Source: Bacteroidales bacterium UBA6680
Lineage (GTDB): Bacteria; Bacteroidota; Bacteroidia; Bacteroidales; UBA6680
Assembly (NCBI GenBank): GCA_002454955.1
Contig: DKJY01000021.1
Span: 2,525-66,524 of the forward strand
Length of the DNA: 64,000 nt
Direction of reading: 5' to 3'
Made by a program: the position numbers and the translations under genes. The notes below the pieces were generated by a model. That model was given only the letters and a program-made list of their open reading frames with translations, ran no database searches and was not told where the DNA came from. Positions 37,831-46,574 of this stretch are shown piece by piece (positions within the stretch are counted from its first letter, which is position 1; every line of letters starts with the position of its first letter).

Positions 37831-38277
37831 TGTGCAACTTTATGAAATTGCCTGACATATTTTACATTATCTTTCTTTAATGAATAACAGAAATAAAACA
37901 AGACTCTGATATTAATAACAATTCTCTAATTAGGTATTGATTTTCTGTTCCGGAATATCTGTAATTCCTGTTTATTACATAGATACTCTTGTCTTAATAC
38001 CAATTCTGTAACAATCTTATCTCTATCTACTTAGTTTACTATTTCAGTTGTAATATAATTATGGTGTATTGCTTCTACTGCAATTATATAATAAGCTATT
38101 TATACTGGTAATATTATCAGCTAATTGGGTAAGGTTTTTGCAGATTTTGATATTTCTCAATCGGTTAAGGATATATTTTGTTGTTACATATTGTAACCTT
38201 TTGGTTAAAAGAGAGTAAAACAGTTCAGTAAGACAAAATTATTTACCGTTAAATATTTATAATCTAAACACAGAGAG

Positions 38278-38670
38278 ATGACATATCACTTAACAACTAC
38301 CAGTACAATAGGGTTTAACGATACCATAGAGCGTGTAAAGATGCTGTTGGGAGAAGAGGGCTTTAGTATTCTTTGCGATATTGATGTTCAGAGTAAGTTT
38401 AAGGAGAAACTAAATATAGACTTTAAACGATATCGTATTCTGGGAGCATGTAACCCTGTATTTGCGTATAAGGCACTTGCGTTTGATAATAAGGTAGGAA
38501 CAATGTTGCCATGTAATGTTGTTGTACAGGAGGTTGACAATTCGCATATTGAGATATCGGCTATTAATCCTGTAGAGTCTATGCGCGCAATTGACAACGA
38601 TGATTTAAAAGGAGTAGCGTCTGAGATACTTCAGAGGCTTTGGAATGTTATTAATAGGTTTAACAATTAA
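38278..38670 (+). CDS. DUF302 domain protein
   Basis: 130-aa ORF with V...L...GF.I....D........L......Y.ILGACNP..A..AL......G..LPCNV.V, which matches the DUF302 pattern. Confidence 0.65.
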   Translation: MTYHLTTTSTIGFNDTIERVKMLLGEEGFSILCDIDVQSKFKEKLNIDFKRYRILGACNPVFAYKALAFDNKVGTMLPCNVVVQEVDNSHIEISAINPVESMRAIDNDDLKGVASEILQRLWNVINRFNN

Positions 38671-38675
38671 TTATT

Positions 38676-39101
38676 ATGAAGAAGTTGTATTACATTTTTG
38701 CCGCTATTGTTGCAATAGCATGTTTAACTGGTTGTTGGGGCGAGCCTGAAACCAGTAAAAAGGAGGTTAGTAAAAAAGAGAGTGCAGAGAAGACAGAAAT
38801 GGAGGATAAACATGAGCATAAGGATGCCGAAGCCATGTTTGTTGTGAATGGTGCATGTGGAATGTGTAAAACGCGCATTGAGAGTGCTGCCAAAGGTGTA
38901 AAAGGTGTCTCTTCTGCGGCATATGACCTGGAGGCACAAAAGCTTAAGGTTAAGTATTGTGATCATACAACAAACAAGGATGCAATACTAAAAGCTGTAG
39001 CCGAATCAGGTCATGATAACGAAATGTTTAAAGCCTCAGATGAGGTTTATAACGGGCTACCTGGGTGTTGTAAATATCGGGATGAAGACAAGAAGGAGTA
39101 G
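38676..39101 (+). CDS. Heavy-metal-associated (HMA) domain lipoprotein with a CCKY tail
   Basis: 141-aa ORF with a lipobox (IACLTGCW) and an E/K/H-rich linker. The HMA module is GACGMCKTRIESAAKGVKGV... and ends VYNGLPGCCKYRD. It starts 5 nt after the DUF302 stop. Confidence 0.75.
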   Translation: MKKLYYIFAAIVAIACLTGCWGEPETSKKEVSKKESAEKTEMEDKHEHKDAEAMFVVNGACGMCKTRIESAAKGVKGVSSAAYDLEAQKLKVKYCDHTTNKDAILKAVAESGHDNEMFKASDEVYNGLPGCCKYRDEDKKE

Positions 39102-39272
39102 TAGGTAGCTTCTTGTAGCAGAGTGTGCTTTATGTTAACGGACCATAAGTGTCGCTGTTTATGTTACGCTTAGTGCATAAGGCATACCTGCTATGCTTTT
39201 ATATAGCTGTTTTCTGAAAAGCTGTTGTGTTTTAATAGTGTAATAGAGAGCGGAATTAATTATTCTACAAGC

Positions 39273-39289
39273 TATTTTTGTTACTTTTG
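39273..39289 (+). promoter_or_regulatory. Candidate Bacteroidota -7 promoter boxes for mnmA
   Basis: Two adjacent matches to TAnnTTTG (TATTTTTG at 39273-39280 and TACTTTTG at 39282-39289) lie 15-24 nt upstream of the ATG. Confidence 0.35.
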
Positions 39290-39303
39290 GCAAAAAATAG
39301 TTT

Positions 39304-40362
39304 ATGACTACAGATAAGAGCGTATTGTTGGGTATGAGTGGAGGTACAGATAGCTTTGTTACCGCGCTGTTACTGAAGGATAGAGGTTACAATGTAAAGG
39401 GAGTAACCTTTAAGATGTGGAGAGACGGAGATAATAGTCATATAACACAGGCAGAAGATCTTGCTGCCGGTATTGGCATAGAACATAAGGTAATAGATAT
39501 ATCAGATCATTTTGATGATACAATAGTGTCGCCTTTTATTGATCAGTACCTTAGCGGGCGTACGCCAAATCCTTGTGCTTATTGTAATCCGCTAATTAAG
39601 TGGGATTTGATGTTGTCTGTGGCCAATGATATGGAGTGCAGATATGTATCTACAGGTCATTACATACGTATTAAAGAGTTTAATGGATTAAGATATATCT
39701 ATAAAGGCGTTGATCCGGTTAAAGATCAGTCATATTTTCTTTGGCGTCTTAATCAGGAGGTGCTTAACAGAGCTATAACGCCATTAGGCGACTATACAAA
39801 AGAGGAGGTGAGAGGTATAGCCAGAGAGAGGGGTTATAGCGAGGTTGCTGGTAAGAAGGAGAGCATGGGAATATGTTTTCTGCAGGGTAGAAACTACAGA
39901 GATTATATAGAGGCAAGGGTAACTGATTTTGCAAACAGAGCCGTTAAAGGAGATGTTGTTGATGAGAGTGGTGATATTATAGGAGAGCATAACGGAATAG
40001 TAAATTACACTGTTGGTCAGAAACGTGATGTTAATTGTTTTGATGGCAGATCGAGATATGTGAAAAAGATAGATTCTGAGAACAATATTATTGTTGCAGC
40101 AGGTAAACAGGATCTTAATTGCATGGAATTTGTTGTAGATGATCTGTATGCTGCAAACAGAGAAGAGTTATCTGAATTTAATGCCTTTACAACTATGGTA
40201 AGGGGGCTGGGATTGAACCCGGAAGGCGATAGTTTTGTTACACTTATGGGTGATGACAGAGCCAATGTAAGGTTAACAAATCCGGCTTGGGCAATGGCTC
40301 CCGGACAGCCAGTAGCATTTTATGATGGAGAACGTTTGGTTGGCGGCGGTGTTGCAGTTTAA
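39304..40362 (+). CDS. mnmA: tRNA 2-thiouridine(34) synthase MnmA
   Basis: 352-aa ORF with the PP-loop GMSGGTDSF, NPCAYCN and DQSYFLW motifs, and MnmA-typical length and order. Confidence 0.85.
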   Translation: MTTDKSVLLGMSGGTDSFVTALLLKDRGYNVKGVTFKMWRDGDNSHITQAEDLAAGIGIEHKVIDISDHFDDTIVSPFIDQYLSGRTPNPCAYCNPLIKWDLMLSVANDMECRYVSTGHYIRIKEFNGLRYIYKGVDPVKDQSYFLWRLNQEVLNRAITPLGDYTKEEVRGIARERGYSEVAGKKESMGICFLQGRNYRDYIEARVTDFANRAVKGDVVDESGDIIGEHNGIVNYTVGQKRDVNCFDGRSRYVKKIDSENNIIVAAGKQDLNCMEFVVDDLYAANREELSEFNAFTTMVRGLGLNPEGDSFVTLMGDDRANVRLTNPAWAMAPGQPVAFYDGERLVGGGVAV

Positions 40363-40375
40363 ACAGCAATTGAGT

Positions 40376-41188
40376 ATGGAGATAGTAAGAGATAGTTATT
40401 TTATATATAATGGTAATATATTATCGTCGGATAGATTCGATGACAGATCGGTAGTTGGTGATGGTGCAGTTTATGAGGTGTTTAGGGTTATTGATGGTAA
40501 ACCTCTGTTTATAGAACAACATACTGAGAGATTAAAGAACTCGTTTGTAGCAATAGGAGAGGAGCTTTGGGTGCACGACAGTGTTATATCTTCTGATATT
40601 AAACGGCTGATTCATGAAAACGGCATTGTAAGAGGTAATATAAAGATGGTTTTTCATACCGATAACAGAGATTACTATATATATATTGTTCCGCACAGGT
40701 ATCCTGATGATAAACAGTATAGCGATGGTATAAAGGTTATTACATATGATGCGCTGCGTGAGAATCCTAATATAAAGCTTGTAAACAGAGAACTGAGAGA
40801 ATCTGTAAATAGAAAGATAGCAGAGGAGCATGCTTATGAAGCATTGCTGGTTGATGATAATGGTTATATAACAGAAGGAAGCAGGAGTAATGTGTTTTTT
40901 ATAATTAAAAACAAGGTGTATACTCCGCCGGTTGAATCTGTTTTGCCTGGAATAACGCGTGCAAATGTTATATTGTTGAGTAAAGAGTTAGGCTTTAATG
41001 TTATTGAGGATAATATTAAAGCCAGAGATATAATACATGTTGATGCTATATTTATAACAGGAACATCGCCGGGGATACTTCCGGTGGTAATGGTTGATGA
41101 TTATAGATTCTCAACACAGAGCATTAATCTTATGAGATTAATGCAGAGCTATAGAACATTTGTTAAGCAGTACCTTAATAGTCACTAA
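40376..41188 (+). CDS. Class IV aminotransferase (BCAT / aminodeoxychorismate-lyase family)
   Basis: The motifs EGSRSNVFFI and VLPGITR are present. The start is set at MEIVRD (40376), after the mnmA stop. The track ORF start at 40322 would overlap mnmA. Confidence 0.7.
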   Translation: MEIVRDSYFIYNGNILSSDRFDDRSVVGDGAVYEVFRVIDGKPLFIEQHTERLKNSFVAIGEELWVHDSVISSDIKRLIHENGIVRGNIKMVFHTDNRDYYIYIVPHRYPDDKQYSDGIKVITYDALRENPNIKLVNRELRESVNRKIAEEHAYEALLVDDNGYITEGSRSNVFFIIKNKVYTPPVESVLPGITRANVILLSKELGFNVIEDNIKARDIIHVDAIFITGTSPGILPVVMVDDYRFSTQSINLMRLMQSYRTFVKQYLNSH

Positions 41189-42438
41189 TTGTTTGTTTTT
41201 GGTTTGCTTTTTCTATTCTGATTTTTGTTTCGGTTATTCCCCGGTTTACGTTTAAAATATCTGCCAGATTTTTTCTTTTTGGTTTTAACCTTCCACTCAG
41301 GGCTATCTCCAATATCTTCTGGTGTAGGAAGTTTTAGCACCTCACGCTCAATAAGCGACTCAATTTCGGCAAATTTAAACATATCGTCTTTACTTATAAG
41401 AGTAATGGCAACGCCTGTTGTTGCAGCTCTTGCTGTACGTCCTACACGGTGTACGTATGCCTCCGAATCGTTTGGTACATCGTAGTTGATAATAAGATTT
41501 ATATCCTTAATATCTATTCCTCTGCTTATTACATCAGTGGCTATAAGTATTCTTATATGTTTTGCTCCAAACTGCTTTAGAACCTCTTCTCTCTCATCTT
41601 GTTCAAGGTCAGAAGAGATACCTTCTACATCGTGCTTTTTTCTTCGCAAACTTCTTACAATAGATGATACCTTACTCTTTGTAGATGTAAATATCAATAT
41701 ACTGTTGTACTCTGGTTTATCCTTAATAAGTTCGTGTATCAGATCCATCTTGTACTCTTCGTGTATCAGGTAGGCAACCTGTAGCACACCCTCTGCAGGT
41801 TTAGAGAGTTCAATGGTAATCTCTTCGGGTTTATTAAGAATAGATCTGGCAAGTTCTCTTATTTTTGGTGGCATAGTGGCACTGAACATAAGAGTCTGAC
41901 GCTTCTTAGGAAGATAGCTTACAATCTTCATTATGTCATCAAAGAATCCCATCTCAAGCATCTTATCAGCTTCGTCAAGAATAAGGTGTTCAAGATCGTC
42001 AAGTTTTACGTATCCCATATTAAGGTGAGCAATCATCTTTCCGGGCGTAGTAATTATTATGTCGCAATCGCCTGTAAGAGCGCGTTTCTCCATATCCCAG
42101 TCAGAGCCATCTCTACCGCCATATACGGGCATAGATGTAGCGGGAACAAAATATGAGAATCCTTGTATCTGCTGATCTATCTGTACGGCAAGTTCACGGA
42201 TAGGAACAATAATAAGTGCTTTTACACCGCCACCTGTATTACTCTCGTTTAATTTGTGAAGTATAGGCAGGGTAAACGCAGCTGTTTTTCCCGTTCCTGT
42301 TTGTGCACATGCTATAAGGTCTCTATCATTAAGTATTGCCGGTATAGCTTTTTCTTGTATAGGAGAGGCGTTCTCAAAACCCATATACGATATTGCCTCT
42401 AATATATTGTCATTAAGGTTAAATTCGGTAAATTTCAT
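41185..42438 (-). CDS. DEAD-box ATP-dependent RNA helicase (RhlE-like) with a basic C-terminal tail
   Basis: 417-aa ORF with a Q-motif region, AQTGTGKTAAF, DEAD (LILDEADKM), SAT, HRVGRTARA, and a K/R/N-rich tail. Confidence 0.85.
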   Translation of the reverse strand: MKFTEFNLNDNILEAISYMGFENASPIQEKAIPAILNDRDLIACAQTGTGKTAAFTLPILHKLNESNTGGGVKALIIVPIRELAVQIDQQIQGFSYFVPATSMPVYGGRDGSDWDMEKRALTGDCDIIITTPGKMIAHLNMGYVKLDDLEHLILDEADKMLEMGFFDDIMKIVSYLPKKRQTLMFSATMPPKIRELARSILNKPEEITIELSKPAEGVLQVAYLIHEEYKMDLIHELIKDKPEYNSILIFTSTKSKVSSIVRSLRRKKHDVEGISSDLEQDEREEVLKQFGAKHIRILIATDVISRGIDIKDINLIINYDVPNDSEAYVHRVGRTARAATTGVAITLISKDDMFKFAEIESLIEREVLKLPTPEDIGDSPEWKVKTKKKKSGRYFKRKPGNNRNKNQNRKSKPKTNN

Positions 42439-42529
42439 TAAATGTTGTCTCTTTCTTCTTCAAAATCCCTGCAAAGATATCCTTTTTACTGAAGTATGAT
42501 AAATAATATCTAATCTAACTAAATTTTTC

Positions 42530-43246
42530 TTAAAGATCAATTCTGGAGTAGAATATATCCTTGTATGAATCGCTTATAGGAATTATCATATCGTCAATAT
42601 ATATTCTGTTTTTCTCAATAGTATCAATCTTATTAAGCGATATAATGTACGATCTGTGTACCCTGCAGAATAGTTTAGCAGGGAGTATCTCTTCGATATT
42701 CTTAAAACTCATTAGTGTTAGTATATTACCTTTTGTGGTTACTATTTTAAGATAATCCTTAAGCCCCTCTATAATTATTATTGAACAGAAATCTATCTTA
42801 ACAATTTTGTGCTCAGATTTTACAAAGAAGTACTCTTTATCTGTTTTGGTTAGGTTAATAACCTCAGGAGTTTCTGTTTTGTGTTGGTTCTCAATAATAT
42901 TAAGAGTTTTTGTTACAGCCTGAAAAAAGCGTTCAAAGGCAAATGGTTTAAGCAGATAGTCAATTCCGTTAAGTTCGTATCCTTGCAGTGCATAGTTATC
43001 ATATGCAGTTGTGAATATTATAAATGGTTTGTTGTTTAATATTTTTAGAAAGTCAATTCCGTTAAGGTCAGGCATCTGTATGTCCAGAAAGATAAGATCA
43101 ACACTATTGTCTTGTAGATATTTTAGTGCCTCAATAGCACTACAGAATGTCTTCTGAAGATTCACAAATGTTGTTTTTTCGCAGTAATCCTCTATAATAT
43201 CTATTGCCAAAGGTTCATCATCAATTGCTATTGCCTTTATCTTCAT
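42530..43246 (-). CDS. LytTR-family response regulator
   Basis: 238-aa ORF. The receiver domain has DDEP...LIFLDIQMPDLNGIDF...KP. The C-terminal LytTR domain has FFVKSEHKIVKI...RVHRSYIISLNKI. Confidence 0.85.
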   Translation of the reverse strand: MKIKAIAIDDEPLAIDIIEDYCEKTTFVNLQKTFCSAIEALKYLQDNSVDLIFLDIQMPDLNGIDFLKILNNKPFIIFTTAYDNYALQGYELNGIDYLLKPFAFERFFQAVTKTLNIIENQHKTETPEVINLTKTDKEYFFVKSEHKIVKIDFCSIIIIEGLKDYLKIVTTKGNILTLMSFKNIEEILPAKLFCRVHRSYIISLNKIDTIEKNRIYIDDMIIPISDSYKDIFYSRIDL

Positions 43247-43356
43247 CTGTTTACTTATGCTTTTGTTGTTTTGTTTAGTACCACAATATACCTAATCTTT
43301 TGTTGCGGAACTATTTCTGTGTATGCTGTTTTATGACACTATTTAAATGTAAAGTT

Positions 43357-44388
43357 TTATATGTCTAGTATAAGCTTAACACTGTAGCTGTTGTTGGTTC
43401 CGTTAATGCTTAGTTTGTGTCTGTCTTTATATAGTAACTCTAAACGGCGGGCAACATTACGCAGACCAATACCACCACATTCGTCTTTTGATATAGTTTT
43501 AATTCCGGATATATTGTTGAATATCTGAAAGGTTATATTTGTTTTTGTAATGTCTATATTAATATTAATAACATCCTCTTTAGGACCATGTTTAAAGGAG
43601 TTCTCTATAAACGGTATAAATATCATTGGTGCAATTTGTGCGTCAGTATTCTCTCCGGTTATATTGTAGTTTATCTTGTCTGGGTTTGCATATCTTATCT
43701 TTTGTAACTCAATATAGTTGTTCAGATACTCCAGCTCTTTTGATATATCTACATAATCCTCATTACTTTCATATAGCATATATCGCATAATACCAGACAG
43801 TTTTAATACCGATTCTGGTGCTTTATCTGATTTCTTATATACAAGTGAATATATGTTGTTTAGTGTATTAAACAGAAAGTGAGGGTTAACCTGTGATCTT
43901 AGCAGAGCAAGTTCACTCTTAAGATTTTGTTTCTCAAGATTGGTCTTTAATTTCTCATTTTTAAACCACTCTACAATAAATCTGGTAACAACTCCAAGAA
44001 AGGCGAACATACCGCAGTAGAATATATTTGATATTATATGTGGTATAAGATCCATGTCCTTGAAAACAGGGCCAATTATTTGTTCATTGTATATACTGTG
44101 CATAATTTCACCTATAACCATTTTAAATATTATTACAGCTATAAGCATTAATACAGAGTATATAACAAATAGTAGGAAGCTTCTTTTTCTCAGAGCCGGT
44201 GTCATTACAAAAATATAATACATATAGAATATTGTAATATTCACCAATGAGTTTGAAACTGAACGGATAATGTTCATTCTATTAAATGATGCGTTTGTGT
44301 TTAGCAGAACCGGAGTTATAGTAAAGAATAGTATAAGTATAATCCAGATTCCGGCATGTATAAGTGTTTCTGTTTTATTAATCTTCAT
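43357..44388 (-). CDS. LytS/YehU-type sensor histidine kinase
   Basis: 343-aa ORF with 4-5 N-terminal TM helices, the His_kinase motif LRSQVNPHFLFNTLNNI, and a C-terminal GHKL ATPase (GGIGLRNV). Confidence 0.8.
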   Translation of the reverse strand: MKINKTETLIHAGIWIILILFFTITPVLLNTNASFNRMNIIRSVSNSLVNITIFYMYYIFVMTPALRKRSFLLFVIYSVLMLIAVIIFKMVIGEIMHSIYNEQIIGPVFKDMDLIPHIISNIFYCGMFAFLGVVTRFIVEWFKNEKLKTNLEKQNLKSELALLRSQVNPHFLFNTLNNIYSLVYKKSDKAPESVLKLSGIMRYMLYESNEDYVDISKELEYLNNYIELQKIRYANPDKINYNITGENTDAQIAPMIFIPFIENSFKHGPKEDVININIDITKTNITFQIFNNISGIKTISKDECGGIGLRNVARRLELLYKDRHKLSINGTNNSYSVKLILDI

Positions 44389-44696
44389 CTGTCTGTTTTC
44401 TTTTTAAGGTCAGATAGAACACACATTTATAATTATCTCTAGTGCAATAAATGTTTGTGCCATGCTTTGTCTTGTAAAAAGTGTTTTGTATAAATCTATG
44501 ACAATTCTATTAAAAAAGGGGTGATATATCAAGAATATAGGATACTACTTAAAATGTAAATCTACCAATTGGCATAATTTATCTACGAATCCGTAATGGT
44601 ACAATTTGTCGATGAAATATTCTGATTGGTATATCTCTTTTTCATGACCTCTGATATGATATTATAATTGCATTGTAATTAAATGAGAACAAATAA

Positions 44697-45623
44697 TTGT
44701 TAAAACATATTAATGTTATGAAAGATCTGATAATAGAAACCAAAGACCTTTACTACAATTTTGGAACTAAAAATGTATTAAGCGGTGTTTCGCTTGAGGT
44801 ACCAAAGAACTCTATATATGGTTTTATCGGACCAAATGGAGCAGGAAAGACTACAACAATACGTGTTTTGCTTAGTTTATTAAAGGTTCCGGCACACAAG
44901 GTTAGAATATTTGGTAAGGATATATCGCGTAAAAGAATTGATATTTTAAGCAGAGTAGGAGCACTTATTGAGGAGCCATCGGTTTATAAACATCTATCTG
45001 GTTACGATAATCTTAGGGTTCAGTGCAGATATCTGGGTATAGATAGTAAACGTATTGATGAGGTATTGGCTATTACAGAGCTGCTTGATGATAAAAACAG
45101 AAAGGTTAAGGAGTACTCGTTAGGAATGCGACAACGACTTAGTATTGCCTCTGTTTTGCTTAACGATCCGGAATTACTTATTCTTGATGAACCTACAAAC
45201 GGTCTTGATCCGGCAGGTATACACGATATGCGTAAGCTTATGCTTAAGCTTTGTAAGGAGCATGGTAAGACAATCTTTGTATCGTCGCACCTTCTGTCTG
45301 AATTAGAGAAAGTTGTTACACATATTGGTATAATTGATAATCACAAAATCAGATTTCAGGGAAGTATTCAGCAACTGAAACGTCTCACATCAGATTATCT
45401 TGTAATTAAAACATCTGATAATAGCGATGCACTTAAGAGAATTGTTGATCTGGGGTTTGCTGTTTCGGTTCTTGAGGATAAAAGTTTACGTGTAACGCCA
45501 AACTCAGACGAGAATGCCAATAAGATTAACAAACATCTTATAAAGAGTGGTATTGATGTGTATCATCTGGCTCATCATTCGGGCGATCTGGAGAATATAT
45601 TTATGGATATTGTAGGTAAGTAG
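44697..45623 (+). CDS. ABC-2-type transporter ATP-binding protein
   Basis: It has Walker A GPNGAGKTT, signature YSLGMRQRLSIA, Walker B LLILDEPTNGLD and an H-loop SSHLL. The probable start is MKDLII at 44718. Confidence 0.85.
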   Translation: MLKHINVMKDLIIETKDLYYNFGTKNVLSGVSLEVPKNSIYGFIGPNGAGKTTTIRVLLSLLKVPAHKVRIFGKDISRKRIDILSRVGALIEEPSVYKHLSGYDNLRVQCRYLGIDSKRIDEVLAITELLDDKNRKVKEYSLGMRQRLSIASVLLNDPELLILDEPTNGLDPAGIHDMRKLMLKLCKEHGKTIFVSSHLLSELEKVVTHIGIIDNHKIRFQGSIQQLKRLTSDYLVIKTSDNSDALKRIVDLGFAVSVLEDKSLRVTPNSDENANKINKHLIKSGIDVYHLAHHSGDLENIFMDIVGK

Positions 45624-45651
45624 TAGTCTTAATTAGAAAAAATTTAAAGTT

Positions 45652-46428
45652 ATGAAGAGTATAGTTGTTGATTTATACAGAAGTTATATAGCCGATATAT
45701 TAAAGTTTAAAGGTTCAAAGGTTTTGTTTATTAGTGTAATCTCGCCACTGTTTCTGGTAGCACTGTTTTTTACAATATTTCTGTTTAAAACGCCCAATAT
45801 TGTTGGTGAAAGTGCAAACGGATGGAACATGTTTATGGGTTATGCGTCAAATTCGGGTCTGGCATTCTTTTTCCCTCTCTTTATCATACTAATAACATCT
45901 ATGATAAGCCGGGTTGAGTACGATGCGAATGCATGGAAACAGATTTATGCATTACCTATTCGGAGGGGTGTTGTGTATACATCAAAGATTATAATGACTA
46001 TTACAATTGTATTGCTTAGTCTGATACTTTTTGGGGTGTTTTTTGTAATTGCCGGAGAGATTCTTGCTCTTATATATCCTGAGAATTATGTTGAGACAGC
46101 AGATCTGTTTAGCAATATTACAAAGCTGCTTATTATGAGTTTTGTTGCTTCATTGGCATGGGTTGGTATACAGTTTTGGGCTACCTACAGATGGAAGAAT
46201 ATGGTATTGCCAATAGCATTTGGTATTGTAGGGTTTGTTGTTGGAGCAATACTTATAAGATGGGAGTTTTCAATATATGTTCCGTTTACATATCTTCTAC
46301 AGGCAGCTACATCAATTAAAGGAGAAACGTTTAATATACTCGGAGATTACTTCTGGTATAGTTTAGCCTACTCTGCACTGTTTATTATAATAGGATATGT
46401 TGAGCTTAAGCTTAAAAAGCGATTCTGA
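45652..46428 (+). CDS. ABC-2 family permease (lantibiotic/bacitracin-immunity-like)
   Basis: 258-aa ORF with 6 TM helices, directly downstream of the ATPase. Confidence 0.65.
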   Translation: MKSIVVDLYRSYIADILKFKGSKVLFISVISPLFLVALFFTIFLFKTPNIVGESANGWNMFMGYASNSGLAFFFPLFIILITSMISRVEYDANAWKQIYALPIRRGVVYTSKIIMTITIVLLSLILFGVFFVIAGEILALIYPENYVETADLFSNITKLLIMSFVASLAWVGIQFWATYRWKNMVLPIAFGIVGFVVGAILIRWEFSIYVPFTYLLQAATSIKGETFNILGDYFWYSLAYSALFIIIGYVELKLKKRF

Positions 46429-46540
46429 TATCTGTCAGAAACAGACAATTAAAAGAGTTTATAAAGTATATTTTAAATTAATTATTTATTAACCAGAGAG
46501 TGGTGAATGTAATTGATTTGTTTGGTTCAATTTAAGTTGA

Positions 46541-46569
46541 TGAGGGTGTTAGGGACACCCTCATTTTTT
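46541..46569 (+). terminator. Intrinsic terminator
   Basis: TGAGGGTGT-TAGGG-ACACCCTCA followed by TTTTTT, between convergent genes. Confidence 0.7.
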
Positions 46570-46574
46570 ATATG

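Noticed and set aside
37274-37845. Track ORFs 37274..37570 (98 aa) and 37609..37845 (78 aa), and the possibility that the periodic region is a CRISPR array.
   Set aside because: The ORFs only read through the tandem units. Unit lengths (104-106 bp) shift the frame between units: YWNLLKAIWQ is repeated once and then becomes LLEFVKSNIA, so no protein is conserved. The region is not a CRISPR array because the entire ~105-bp unit is repeated. There are no unique spacers and no cas genes in the window.
40322-40375. Upstream start (40322) for the class IV aminotransferase, as given in the track.
   Set aside because: That start would overlap the last 41 nt of mnmA. It would also add a non-conserved hydrophobic peptide (MMENVWLAAVLQFKQQLS). 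The ATG at 40376 follows the mnmA stop and gives a typical N-terminus.
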